A DNA stretch of 64,000 bases from an uncultured Candidatus Rokubacteria bacterium. GTDB taxonomy: Bacteria; Methylomirabilota; Methylomirabilia; Rokubacteriales; DASRDR01. Positions within the stretch are counted from its first letter, which is position 1, and every line of letters begins with the position of its first letter. The stretch spans positions 32,001 through 96,000 of the forward strand of contig CAVPSB010000034.1 in NCBI GenBank assembly GCA_963708025.1. Direction: 5' to 3'. The notes under the pieces were generated by a model. It searched no databases. It had not been told where the DNA came from and saw nothing but the letters and a program-made list of their open reading frames with translations. The position numbers and the translations under genes are program-made. This document shows positions 1 to 9,255 of this stretch, one piece after another.

Positions 1-1
1 C

Positions 2-820
2 CTGACCGTGCCGACCCCGAACCTGGCTGGCGAGCGCTTCCGGCGCGCCACCCGCCAGTGTCTCCTGGCGGCGGCGGGGGTCCGTGCCGCGCTGCAGGAC
101 GCCGGTCTCGCCGAGGGCACGCTCGCCGGCGAGCGCACCGGCGTGCTGTACGTGACCGCGACCGCGTACGCGGGCGCCAACCGGGCGTTCCTCGAGGACG
201 AGGGCTCGACGACCCTCCACTTCCCGTACACCGCACCGAGCGCGGTGCCGGGCGAGGTGACCATCGAGTTCGGCATCCGCGGCCCCTACGTCAACCTGAC
301 GGGCGGGGGGCCTGCGGCGCTCCACGCGCTCTGGTATGCTGCGCGGTGGCTGACGGAGGGGGACGCCGATCGGGTGCTGGTCCTCGGCGTGGAGGCGGTG
401 CACGAGGTCTGGGATCTCCTCGGGCGCGCCCGCCGGCTCTACGACCCGCCGATCGTCGAGAGCGCGGCGTGCCTGCTCCTGGAGCCGGGGTCCGGTCCCG
501 AGCTGGCGTGGGCGTCCGCGACCATCTGGCGCCAGCGGCCAGACGAGGCCGTGGCCGCCGTGCTCGACGCCGTGGCTGCGGGCCGGGCGCCGCGGCTGAT
601 CGCCGCCGGGGGGGCGCGCCGCGCGGGTCGGGCCGAGCGGGCGGCGCTCGCCAGTCGCGGGTGGGCCGGGATGGTGGTGAGCCCGCCCGGGGAAGCGCTG
701 GCGTGCGGGCCGCTCTTCGGCCTCGCGCAGGCGCGGGCGCGCAGGGAGGTCGGGCCGGTCCTGCTGACGACCGGATGGCGCAACGACTACGGGGCCATGC
801 TCTGGCCGATGGACGCGTGA
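2..820 (+). CDS. Beta-ketoacyl synthase-like protein (chain-length-factor type, no catalytic Cys); 5' partial
   Basis: KS N-terminal signature 'FPYTAPSAVPGEVTIEFGIRGPYVNL'; catalytic-Cys position reads 'TGGGPAA'; frame open to window edge; next to ACP/KS. Confidence 0.75.
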   Translation: MTVPTPNLAGERFRRATRQCLLAAAGVRAALQDAGLAEGTLAGERTGVLYVTATAYAGANRAFLEDEGSTTLHFPYTAPSAVPGEVTIEFGIRGPYVNLTGGGPAALHALWYAARWLTEGDADRVLVLGVEAVHEVWDLLGRARRLYDPPIVESAACLLLEPGSGPELAWASATIWRQRPDEAVAAVLDAVAAGRAPRLIAAGGARRAGRAERAALASRGWAGMVVSPPGEALACGPLFGLAQARARREVGPVLLTTGWRNDYGAMLWPMDA

Positions 821-844
821 GCGCGCTGCGACAATTCACTCCGC

Positions 845-955
845 CGGTCCACCCCTCCCCCCAGCCAAAGGCTGAAGGCCGTCGAAGGGTGGGGGAAGGG
901 GGCCAAAGGCTGAAGGCCGTCGAAGAATTGGGTGGGAGGGAGGTCCCGAACTGAG
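845..955. repeat. Intergenic repeat family A (partial) with an internal 24-nt direct duplication
   Basis: GCCAAAGGCTGAAGGCCGTCGAAG at 864-887 and 902-925; ends GGGAGGTCCCGAACTGAG like the copy at 34801-34818. Confidence 0.8.
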
Positions 956-956
956 G

Positions 957-1235
957 ATGGACGAGCGCGCGATCCTGGACGAGCTACGCGACCTCATCGT
1001 CAAGCGGCTCCGGTTCGACCCCAAGGTCATCGCCGCCGTGTCTCCCGAGACGCCGCTGCCCAAGGGGATCGAGGGAGCCCTCGGCCTCGACTCACTCGAC
1101 TTCATCGAGCTGTCGATCGCCCTCGAGGAGCGCTTCGGCGTGGTCGTGCAAGAAGGCGAGGCCGTCGAGGCGCACTTCGCGACGCTCGGCGCGCTGGCTC
1201 GGTTCGTGGCGGCGTCGCAGAGCCCCCCGGCGTGA
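957..1235 (+). CDS. Acyl carrier protein
   Basis: 92 aa, acidic, 'LGLDSLDFIELSIALEERFG' phosphopantetheine motif. Confidence 0.95.
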   Translation: MDERAILDELRDLIVKRLRFDPKVIAAVSPETPLPKGIEGALGLDSLDFIELSIALEERFGVVVQEGEAVEAHFATLGALARFVAASQSPPA

Positions 1236-1290
1236 GCGACCCGATACCACCGCCGCGATCGCCCACGGCATCCGACGGCGGGGCCGGCGT

Positions 1291-2508
1291 GTGAGCGAGG
1301 TTCTGATCACGGGACTCGGCGTCGCCAGCCCCTACGGGCTCGGGCGCCGCGCGTTCTGGGACGGCCTCGCCGCCGGCCGCTGCGGCATCGGCCCCATCAC
1401 GCTGTTCGCCACCGACGGCTTCCGGTCCCGCATCGCCGCCGAGGTGCCGGGCGACGTCCGCGTTCCGCGCGCCTCGGGCCGGCGATCCCGCGCCGATCGC
1501 CTCGCCATCGCGGCCGCCGACGAGGCGATCGCCGATGCCGGGCTCGACCGCGCGGCTCTCCGTCCCGCCGCCGTCGTCGTCGGGGGCATCGGCGGCGGAA
1601 TGCTGGAGGCCGAGGCGTGGTACTGGCAGCTCCAGCGGGAGGGGATCGACGACCCGCGCCAGCGCCGCGCCTTGCGCGCGATCCTGCCCACCGCCCACGC
1701 CGAGCTGCTGGCCCACCGCTACGGCACCACCGGTCCCAAGGAGACCGTCGTCCTCGCCTGCAGCTCCGGCGGGGCCGCCCTCGGGCTCGCGGCCGACCTG
1801 GTCCGGGCCGGCGTGACGCCGCTGGCGCTGGCCGGCGGGGTGGACGCCCTCACCCGCATCTGCTTCATGGGGTTCAACGCGCTGAAGCTGCTCGACCCCG
1901 AGCCCTGCCGGCCGTTCGCCCGCGACCGCCGGGGCATGTCGCTCGGAGAAGGCGCGGGCTTCGTCGTCCTCGAGGACGCCGCCCACGCGGCCCGACGGGG
2001 CGCCGTCCCGTACGCCGCGCTGGCGGGCTACGGCCTCACCACGGACGCCTACCACCTGACCGCGCCGCACCCCGACGCCGAGGGGAGCGTGCGGGCGATG
2101 GTGGAAGCCCTCGAGCAGGCGCGCGTCCCGGCCGGCGCCGTGGGCTACGTCAACGCCCACGGCACCGGGACCGTGCAGAACGACCGGGCCGAGGCCCTCG
2201 CCCTGCGGAAGGTCTTCGGGGCGGACGGACTCCTCGTGAGCGCGAACAAGTCGCTGATCGGCCACACGATGGCCGCGGCGGGCGCGCTGGAAGCCATCGC
2301 CACGGTCCTGACCCTCGTCCACGGGCTGGTGCCGCCGACCGCGCACCTCGCCGAGCCCGATCCGGAGATCCCGTTCGACTGCGTGCCGAACGTCGCCCGG
2401 CCGGCGCGGCTCTCGTGGGCCATGTCCAACTCCTTCGGCTTCGGCGGCCAGAACGTGAGCCTGCTCTTCCATCGAGCGCCGGATGGTCGGGGTCCCGATG
2501 ACGACTGA
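1291..2508 (+). CDS. Beta-ketoacyl-ACP synthase (FabF-like, active)
   Basis: ACSSG, NAHGTGT, KSLIGHT and SNSFGFGG motifs (Cys-His-His triad). Confidence 0.95.
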   Translation: MSEVLITGLGVASPYGLGRRAFWDGLAAGRCGIGPITLFATDGFRSRIAAEVPGDVRVPRASGRRSRADRLAIAAADEAIADAGLDRAALRPAAVVVGGIGGGMLEAEAWYWQLQREGIDDPRQRRALRAILPTAHAELLAHRYGTTGPKETVVLACSSGGAALGLAADLVRAGVTPLALAGGVDALTRICFMGFNALKLLDPEPCRPFARDRRGMSLGEGAGFVVLEDAAHAARRGAVPYAALAGYGLTTDAYHLTAPHPDAEGSVRAMVEALEQARVPAGAVGYVNAHGTGTVQNDRAEALALRKVFGADGLLVSANKSLIGHTMAAAGALEAIATVLTLVHGLVPPTAHLAEPDPEIPFDCVPNVARPARLSWAMSNSFGFGGQNVSLLFHRAPDGRGPDDD

Positions 2509-3736
2509 GCGGGTGCCACGGGTGGCGGTGACCGGCGTCGGCACCGTGAGCGCTCTCGGCCTCGGTGGCGCGGCCATGCTCACCGCGGCGCTGGCCCGGG
2601 GCGAATCTGGCCTCCGGGCCATCCAGGCGTTCCCCACCGGGGACTCGCCGAGCCGCCTCGCCGGCGAGGTCGGCGACCTCACCCCGCACCTCGGTCCCGA
2701 AGAGGTCCGGCGCCTCGCCCGCGCGAGCCAGCTGGTCGTGGTCGCTTGCCGGCTCGCCCTCGCGGACGCCGGCCTCGAGCCGGGGGCGCTTTCGGGGCTG
2801 GGCCTGGTCCTCGGCTCCGAGTACGGCGACTTCCGGTCCTCGGAGGCCTTCGCCCTCGGCTACCTGCGGCGCGGCCCGCTGGGGCTCTCCCCCGTCATCT
2901 TTCCCAATACCGTGATGAACGCGATGGCCGCCAACGCCGCGATCGCGGTCTCGGCCCAGGGCCCGATGCTGACGGTGAACCAAGCCGGCATCGCGGGCGA
3001 GCTGGCGGTGGCCCGGGCGGTCGGGCTCATCACGAGCCAGCGGGCCTCGGCGGTGCTGGCGGGAGGTGTGGACGAGCTGTGCCCCACCCTCCATCGGGAG
3101 CTGGCGCGGCTCCAGGTGATGTCGCCCCGCGACGGCGGCCCGGAGGGCTGCTGGCCGTTCGACCGGCGCGCCAACGGGACGGTGGCGGGAGAAGGCGCGA
3201 CCATGCTCCTGCTGGAGGACGAGGCCGGCGCCCGCGCTCGCGGCGCCTGCGTGCACGCCCTGGTGGCGGGCGTCGCCTGGGGGAACCTTCCGGCGCGGCC
3301 TCACGGACTGCCGCCGCGGCGACGGCGGGAGCCGGCGGTCATCCACCGCGCGCTGGCCGCGGCGCGCGTCGGGGCGGCGGAGGTGGGCGCGGCCTACCTG
3401 ACGGGGACGGGCGATCCCGAGCAGGACGCCTGCGAGCTGGACCTGATCGGCGCCGTCTTCGACCCGATGCGCGGGAACGCGCTGCCGCTCACGACGCTGA
3501 CGCCGCTGGCCGGCGAGCACGCCGGGCTCGGCGGGCTCCGCGTCGCCGCGGCGGCCGTGACGACGATCGGCGAGGGCCGGCTGCCCGGGCTGCCCGATCT
3601 GGCGGCGCCGGTGCGCGCGGGATTCGCGTTCGCGACCGGGCCGGCCGGCCGGGTCCCGGCCGGCCGGGTGGTGCTCGTGCACGGCCTCGCGCGAGGCGGC
3701 GGTCACGCCGCCCTCGTGCTCGCCGCCGCGGCGTGA
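2498..3736 (+). CDS. Beta-ketoacyl synthase-like protein lacking the catalytic triad (CLF-like)
   Basis: KS fold motifs (FPNTVMNA, GEGA); 'NQAGIAG' replaces the Cys motif and 'YLTGTG' replaces HGTGT; overlaps upstream KS stop. Confidence 0.8.
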   Translation: MTTERVPRVAVTGVGTVSALGLGGAAMLTAALARGESGLRAIQAFPTGDSPSRLAGEVGDLTPHLGPEEVRRLARASQLVVVACRLALADAGLEPGALSGLGLVLGSEYGDFRSSEAFALGYLRRGPLGLSPVIFPNTVMNAMAANAAIAVSAQGPMLTVNQAGIAGELAVARAVGLITSQRASAVLAGGVDELCPTLHRELARLQVMSPRDGGPEGCWPFDRRANGTVAGEGATMLLLEDEAGARARGACVHALVAGVAWGNLPARPHGLPPRRRREPAVIHRALAAARVGAAEVGAAYLTGTGDPEQDACELDLIGAVFDPMRGNALPLTTLTPLAGEHAGLGGLRVAAAAVTTIGEGRLPGLPDLAAPVRAGFAFATGPAGRVPAGRVVLVHGLARGGGHAALVLAAAA

Positions 3737-3741
3737 GGACC

Positions 3742-4494
3742 ATGCGGCTCGCCGCCGTCATCCCGGCGTTCAACGAGGCGGCGACGATCACGGCCGTCGT
3801 GGCGGGGGTCCGCGCCGCCTGCCCCACCGCGGCCGTTCTCGTGGTGGACGACGCTTCGACCGACGAGACCCCGGCCCGGGCTGCCGCCGCCGGCGCCAGC
3901 GCGGTGCTCCGGACGTCCCCCCGGGGCGGCAAGGGCGCGGCCCTGCGGGTGGGGTTCGCCGCCGCGCTCGCCGAGGGCGCGGAGCTGGTCGCCACGCTCG
4001 ACGCCGACGGCCAGCACGACCCGGCCGACCTGCCGCGTCTGCTCGCCGCCTGGCGCTCGGCGCCCGACGGCCTGATCATGGGCGATCGGCTCGCGCCGGG
4101 GTCCGGGGATCGGATCCCGGGCCTGCGTCTCGGCGCGATCCGCGCCGCCGACGTGGTTCTACGCTGGCTGGCGCGGACGGCGATCCGCGACAGCCAGTGC
4201 GGCTTCCGGGTCTACCCCGCCACGCTCCTCCGGGCGCTGCCGCTCTACCGGGAGGGGTTCGTCCTCGAGACCGAGGCTCTCCTCGGCGCGGCCCGCCTGG
4301 GGTACCGGCTCGTGTCGGTGCCCGTGCGCGCGATCTACCCCCCGGACCGGGCCAGCCGCTTCCGGGCGCTGGCCGACGGGACGCGGATCGGCTGGTATCT
4401 CGCGGGTGAAGTGACGCGTGAGCTGCCGGGTCGCTCCGTCACCGACGCGAGCCGCCGTCGGCTTCGCCAGCCGGCGGTCGCGCCGCCGGCGTAG
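3742..4494 (+). CDS. Glycosyltransferase family 2 (DPM1-like)
   Basis: VIPAFNE, VVDDASTD, GKGAA, DADGQH, DSQCGFR motifs; GAGGA RBS before ATG 3742. Confidence 0.9.
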   Translation: MRLAAVIPAFNEAATITAVVAGVRAACPTAAVLVVDDASTDETPARAAAAGASAVLRTSPRGGKGAALRVGFAAALAEGAELVATLDADGQHDPADLPRLLAAWRSAPDGLIMGDRLAPGSGDRIPGLRLGAIRAADVVLRWLARTAIRDSQCGFRVYPATLLRALPLYREGFVLETEALLGAARLGYRLVSVPVRAIYPPDRASRFRALADGTRIGWYLAGEVTRELPGRSVTDASRRRLRQPAVAPPA

Positions 4495-4506
4495 GAGGAG
4501 CAGAGC

Positions 4507-5790
4507 GTGGCCGACGGCATTGCTCCGCGCTACGACGTGCTGGTGGTCGGGGGCGGCCCCGCGGGCTCCACCGCCGCGACCGTGCTGGCCCGCGCGGGGC
4601 TCGCCGTCGCCTGCTTCGAGCGCGAGCGCTTCCCGCGCTTCCACATCGGGGAGTCGCTGCTGCCGGCCTCGGTCCCGCTGTTCGACCGGCTCGGGCTCAC
4701 GCCGCGCATGGAGGCGGCCGGCTTCATCCGGAAGAATGGTGCGGCGTTCATCGACGAGGCGGATGGGCGCCAGATCGTCCTCTTCTTCCGGCGAGGCCCG
4801 CGCTGGGCCGATCACGCCTACAACGTCCCGCGCGCCGACTTCGACCGGCTGCTCCTCGACCACGCCGCCAAGGAGGGCGCGGCGGTCTTCGAGGGAGCCG
4901 AGGTCGAGCGGCTCGCCATCGAGCCGGACCGGGTGCGCTGCGAGGTGCGGACCGACGACGGGGGGCGCTACCCGGTGGAGGCGGCGTTCCTGGTGGACGC
5001 CACCGGGCGCGACAGTCTGCTGGCGCGCCAGATGGGGCGCCGGGAGCCGCTTCCCAGCCTCGGGAAGGCCGCCCTCTTCGCCCACTATCGCGGTGGCGAG
5101 CGCTGGCCGGGGCGCACCGAGGGCCACATCCGGATCTACCTCTTCGAGCACGGCTGGTTCTGGTGGATCCCGTTCGCGGACGACCTGACCAGCATCGGCT
5201 GCGTCCTCCACCAGAAGGTGATGCAGGCGCGCCAGGTGCCGATCGAGGAGCTCTTCGCCGACATGATCGCGGCGGCACCGAGCGTGGCGGCCGGGCTGGC
5301 CCGCGCCACCCGCGTCACCTCCGTCTACAGCACCGCCAACTTCTCCTACCGGACGACGCCCCTGGTGGGCGACCGCTTCGTCGTCGTGGGAGACGCCGTC
5401 ACCTTCGTGGACCCGATCTTCTCCACCGGCGTCCTCGTCGCGATGCAGTCGGCGGAGCTGGCCGCCGGGGTGATCGCCGACGAGGTCCGGTCCGGCGATT
5501 TCCGCGCCGCCCGCTTCGCCCGCTACCGCCGGCGCGTCCAGCGGGGCACCGAGCTGTTCTTCCGCCTGATCGACCGCTACTACGAGCCGGCGTTCATGGA
5601 CGTCCTCCTGGCCCCGAGCCCGCCGCCGATCCTCCGGGACGCCGTGCTGACCGTGCTGGCGGGCGGCGCCTTCCTGCGGCGACCGCTCTGGCTCCGGCTC
5701 CGGCTGGCCGCCGTCACCCTGAACACCTGGATCGAGCGGCGCCGCCGGCTGCGGCGCGGGCTGCCGGTCGAGTCGCGCCTCACGTGGTGA
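4507..5790 (+). CDS. FAD-dependent halogenase-like oxidoreductase
   Basis: GGGPAG, HIGESL, GFIRKNG (conserved Lys), GWFWWIP (WxWxIP), FVDPIFSTG. Confidence 0.85.
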   Translation: MADGIAPRYDVLVVGGGPAGSTAATVLARAGLAVACFERERFPRFHIGESLLPASVPLFDRLGLTPRMEAAGFIRKNGAAFIDEADGRQIVLFFRRGPRWADHAYNVPRADFDRLLLDHAAKEGAAVFEGAEVERLAIEPDRVRCEVRTDDGGRYPVEAAFLVDATGRDSLLARQMGRREPLPSLGKAALFAHYRGGERWPGRTEGHIRIYLFEHGWFWWIPFADDLTSIGCVLHQKVMQARQVPIEELFADMIAAAPSVAAGLARATRVTSVYSTANFSYRTTPLVGDRFVVVGDAVTFVDPIFSTGVLVAMQSAELAAGVIADEVRSGDFRAARFARYRRRVQRGTELFFRLIDRYYEPAFMDVLLAPSPPPILRDAVLTVLAGGAFLRRPLWLRLRLAAVTLNTWIERRRRLRRGLPVESRLTW

Positions 5791-6977
5791 CGGCGATCCG
5801 CCGGCTCTGGCCGCGCGGCTACGCGTTCGCCATCGCCGGCATCGCCATCGGCGTCGCCGGGCTGGTCGCCCTCGGCGCCCTCGCCGAGCGGATCAGCCGC
5901 TTCATCGAGGGCGGCCACCGCTTCGTCGTCGGCCAGATCTCGGTCGCCGGGGCAGGGATCGGCACCGGGGCCGGCTTCACCGCCGGGGGCTTGATGCCGA
6001 GGCGCACGCTCGAGGCGCTCGCGCGGGTGCCGGGGGTGGCGGTGGTCCAGGCCCAGGTCATGGTGCCGGTGGACCCGGCCACTTCCCAGCTCTTCAGCGT
6101 GAACCAGGAAGTGATCCTCGGCCTCGACCTCGCGGTGCCGATCCCGAACCGGAGCTACCCCACCTTGCCGGTCGCCCGCGGCCGGTTCCTCCGCGCCGGG
6201 GATCGGGGCGCGGTCGTCGTCGGGGCCGACTTCGCCGCCACCCGCCGGCTCGGCCTGGCCGATCGCGTGCGGCTCCACGGACGGGACTTCCAGGTGACCG
6301 GCGTCCTCGAGCGGATGCTCACCGCCCCGGACCGGTTCGCGATCGTGTCGCTGGAGGATGCCCGCGACCTCTGGCTCGCCCTGGATCCGACGCTCCGGGC
6401 CCTCTTCGCGGCCGGCGGCGCGCTCTCGCGTGACGACCTCAACACGGGGGCGGCCGTCGGCTGGGCCGACGGCGTGGACCCGAACGCGCTGGCCGCCCGG
6501 ATCCGCCGGGAGGTGCCCGGCGTCAACGTCGCCCCGCCGGCCGAGGTCGCGCGCCAGCTCGAGGCCTCGACCACGTTCTTCACCTGGCTCCTGGCCGGGG
6601 TCGGCGGGATCGGCCTGCTGATCGGTGGGCTGTCGCTCTCGAACACGGTGGCCGCCTCGACCTTCGAGCGCATCCGGGACTTCGGGATCAAGCAGGCGCT
6701 GGGGGCGAGCGACGGCCAGCTCTTCGGGGAGGTGCTGCGGGAGAGCCTGGTGGTCAGCCTCTCGGGCGGCGTGGCCGGCACCGCCCTGGCGTGGCTCGGC
6801 GGCGCCGTCGTCAACACCCGGGCCGCCCACGCCGGCCAGCAGCTCTTCCTCTTCTCGGGCCGGCTCCTCGGCTTCGCCGTCGTGTTCGCGGCCGGTCTGG
6901 GAGCGATCGCCGGGGCCTACGCGACCGCGCGGATCCTCCGGGTGCCGCCGGCCGAAGCGATCCGTCGGGGCGCGTGA
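5787..6977 (+). CDS. ABC exporter permease (MacB/FtsX family)
   Basis: N-terminal TM helix, periplasmic domain, 'ERIRDFGIKQALGA', C-terminal 'PPAEAIR'; GTGA overlap with upstream stop. Confidence 0.85.
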   Translation: MTAIRRLWPRGYAFAIAGIAIGVAGLVALGALAERISRFIEGGHRFVVGQISVAGAGIGTGAGFTAGGLMPRRTLEALARVPGVAVVQAQVMVPVDPATSQLFSVNQEVILGLDLAVPIPNRSYPTLPVARGRFLRAGDRGAVVVGADFAATRRLGLADRVRLHGRDFQVTGVLERMLTAPDRFAIVSLEDARDLWLALDPTLRALFAAGGALSRDDLNTGAAVGWADGVDPNALAARIRREVPGVNVAPPAEVARQLEASTTFFTWLLAGVGGIGLLIGGLSLSNTVAASTFERIRDFGIKQALGASDGQLFGEVLRESLVVSLSGGVAGTALAWLGGAVVNTRAAHAGQQLFLFSGRLLGFAVVFAAGLGAIAGAYATARILRVPPAEAIRRGA

Positions 6978-8464
6978 TGCCGGAGCCGGTGGACCTCATC
7001 GTCGTCGGCGGGGGAAACGCCGCCCTGTGCGCCGCGCTGGCCGCGCGGGAGCAGGGAGCGCGCGTCCTGCTCCTCGAGAAGGCGCCGGAGGCCGAGCGTG
7101 GGGGGAACTCGCTCTTCACCGGGGGCGGCTTCCGGTTCGCCCACCGGGGCCTCGAGGACCTCCGGCGGGACGTCCTCGTCGACCTGACCGAGAGCGAGGC
7201 CCAGGCGGTCGAGGTGCCGCCGTACCCGGAGGACGCCTTCTACGACGACCTCATGCGGCTGACCGAGAACTGCGCCAACCCGGATCTCGCGGACCTGCTC
7301 GTCCGCCGCTCGCGCCCGACCATCGTCTGGATGCGCACGCAGGGGATCCGCTGGATCCTGATGTTCAACCGCCAGTCGTACCGGGTCGGCGATCGCCACC
7401 GCTTCTGGGGCGGGCTCCACGTCGAGGCCGTCGGCGGCGGGCACGGGCTCGTCCAGGCGCTGTACGACCGCGCGGCGCGCGCCGGGGTCGAGGTGCGCTA
7501 CGGGACCGGCGCCCGCCGGCTCCTGGTCGACCGGCGAGGCGCCGTCACCGGGGTCGTCGCGCGCGGGCCGGAGGGCTTCGACGAGCTGCCGGCGCGGGCG
7601 GTGGTGCTCGCGTGCGGGGGCTTCGAGGCGAACCCCGAGTGGCGAACGCGCTACCTCGGCCCCGGCTGGGAGCTGGCCCGCGTGCGCGGCACCCGGCACA
7701 ACGTGGGCGACGGCATCCGCATGGCGCTCGAGATCGGCGCCCAGCCCTACGGGCACTGGTCGTCCTGCCACGCCGTCGCCTGGGACCTGAACGCCCCCGA
7801 GTTCGGCGACCGCAAGGTGCTCGACCTCTTCCAGAAGCACTCCTACCCGCTCGGGCTCATCGTCAACGTGCGCGGCGACCGGTTCGTGGACGAGGGCGCC
7901 GACCTCCGCAACTACACCTACGCCAAGTACGGGCGGGCCATCCTCGGCCAGCCGCTCCGTACCGCCTGGCAGCTCTTCGACCAGAAGGTGGTGGCGCTCC
8001 TCCGCGAGGAGTACCGGATCCGCGAGGTGACGAAGGTCGAGGCGGGCACGCTCGAGGAGCTGGCCCGCCGCTGCGAGATCGACGAGGCCGGGCTCGTCCG
8101 GACGGTGCGCGAGTACAACGCGGCGGTGCAGGACGCGCCGGCGTTCAACCCGGCGATCCTCGACGGCAAGGGGACGCGCGGCGTCACGCCGCCCAAGTCG
8201 AACTGGGCCCAGCGGCTCGACAGCCCGCCCTTCCTCGCCTACGGGGTGACGTGCGGGATCACCTTCACGTTCGGCGGCCTCCGCGTCGACGCGCAGGCGG
8301 CGGTGCTCGACACCGAGGACCGCCCGATCCCCGGGCTCTACGCCGCCGGGGAGCTGGTCGGCGGCCTCTTCTACCACAATTATCCAGGCGGGTCCGGCCT
8401 CATGGCGGGGTCGACCTTCGGCAAGCTGGCGGGGGAGCACGCAGGCCTCTTCGCCCGGAGCTGA
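6977..8464 (+). CDS. tcuA: FAD-dependent tricarballylate dehydrogenase-like flavoprotein (TcuA/CobZ family)
   Basis: VVGGGNAALCAA, GGNS, GGFEAN, GITFTFGGL, YPGGSGL. Confidence 0.8.
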   Translation: MPEPVDLIVVGGGNAALCAALAAREQGARVLLLEKAPEAERGGNSLFTGGGFRFAHRGLEDLRRDVLVDLTESEAQAVEVPPYPEDAFYDDLMRLTENCANPDLADLLVRRSRPTIVWMRTQGIRWILMFNRQSYRVGDRHRFWGGLHVEAVGGGHGLVQALYDRAARAGVEVRYGTGARRLLVDRRGAVTGVVARGPEGFDELPARAVVLACGGFEANPEWRTRYLGPGWELARVRGTRHNVGDGIRMALEIGAQPYGHWSSCHAVAWDLNAPEFGDRKVLDLFQKHSYPLGLIVNVRGDRFVDEGADLRNYTYAKYGRAILGQPLRTAWQLFDQKVVALLREEYRIREVTKVEAGTLEELARRCEIDEAGLVRTVREYNAAVQDAPAFNPAILDGKGTRGVTPPKSNWAQRLDSPPFLAYGVTCGITFTFGGLRVDAQAAVLDTEDRPIPGLYAAGELVGGLFYHNYPGGSGLMAGSTFGKLAGEHAGLFARS

Positions 8465-8576
8465 GGGCGTGTGAAGGAATGGGTTCCTCCGACTCCCCCC
8501 TCCCCCCGGTGGGTGGGGGAGGGGGCCAAAGGCCGAAGGCCGTCGAACGGTCGGGGTAGGCGGGAGGTCACCAAAT
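8461..8576. repeat. Intergenic repeat family A with GGCCGAAGGCC insert
   Basis: CTGAGGGCGTGTGAAGG...CCCCCTCCCCCGGTGGGTGGGG...GCGGGAGGTC; matches 16237-16335(-) and 34721-34819. Confidence 0.85.
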
Positions 8577-8580
8577 AACC

Positions 8581-9255
8581 GTGCTGCGCGGCGTCGGGCT
8601 CCGCAAGACGTTTCGGGGTCCCGACGGCCGGGCGATCGAGGTGCTGCGCGGCGTCGACTTGAGCCTCGCCCCCGGCGAGCAGGTCGCCGTCGTCGGCCGC
8701 TCGGGGTCGGGCAAGTCCACGCTGCTGAACCTCCTCGGGTGCCTGGACCGGGCCGACGGGGGCGAGCTGTGGTTCGGGGATCAGGAGCTGACTCGGGCCG
8801 GCCGGCGGTCGCTGACCCGCTTCCGGGGCCGGCAGCTCGGGTTCGTCTTCCAGTCGTTTCACCTGATCGCGTCGCTGACGGCCTGGGAGAACGTGCTGCT
8901 GGCGGCCCGCTACCTTCGCCGCGACGGCGGCGAGGCCGCCCGCGCCGCCGCCGCTCTCTTCGAGCGCCTCGGGATCGCGCACCGGCGGGATCACTATCCG
9001 GCCGCGCTCTCCGGGGGCGAGCAGCAGCGGGTGGCGTTCTGCCGGGCGGTGCTCAACGACCCGGCGGTGATCCTCGCCGACGAGCCGACCGGGAACCTCG
9101 ACGAGGACAACGCCCGCGTCATCCTGGACGAGCTGCGCGCACGGGCCCGCGCCGGCGGCGCCGTCCTCCTGGTCACCCACAGCGCCGAGCTGGCCCGCAC
9201 CGCCGACCGCGTCCTCCACCTCACCGACGGCCGCCTCGATTCCAACTCGGCATGA
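8581..9255 (+). CDS. ABC transporter ATP-binding protein (LolD/MacB-like)
   Basis: GRSGSGKST, LSGGEQQRVA, ADEPTGNLD, VTH. Confidence 0.93.
   Translation: MLRGVGLRKTFRGPDGRAIEVLRGVDLSLAPGEQVAVVGRSGSGKSTLLNLLGCLDRADGGELWFGDQELTRAGRRSLTRFRGRQLGFVFQSFHLIASLTAWENVLLAARYLRRDGGEAARAAAALFERLGIAHRRDHYPAALSGGEQQRVAFCRAVLNDPAVILADEPTGNLDEDNARVILDELRARARAGGAVLLVTHSAELARTADRVLHLTDGRLDSNSA

Noticed and set aside
864-925. 24-nt direct repeat pair as a mini-CRISPR
   Set aside because: Only two units with a 14-nt spacer, no cas genes, and the unit belongs to a dispersed repeat family
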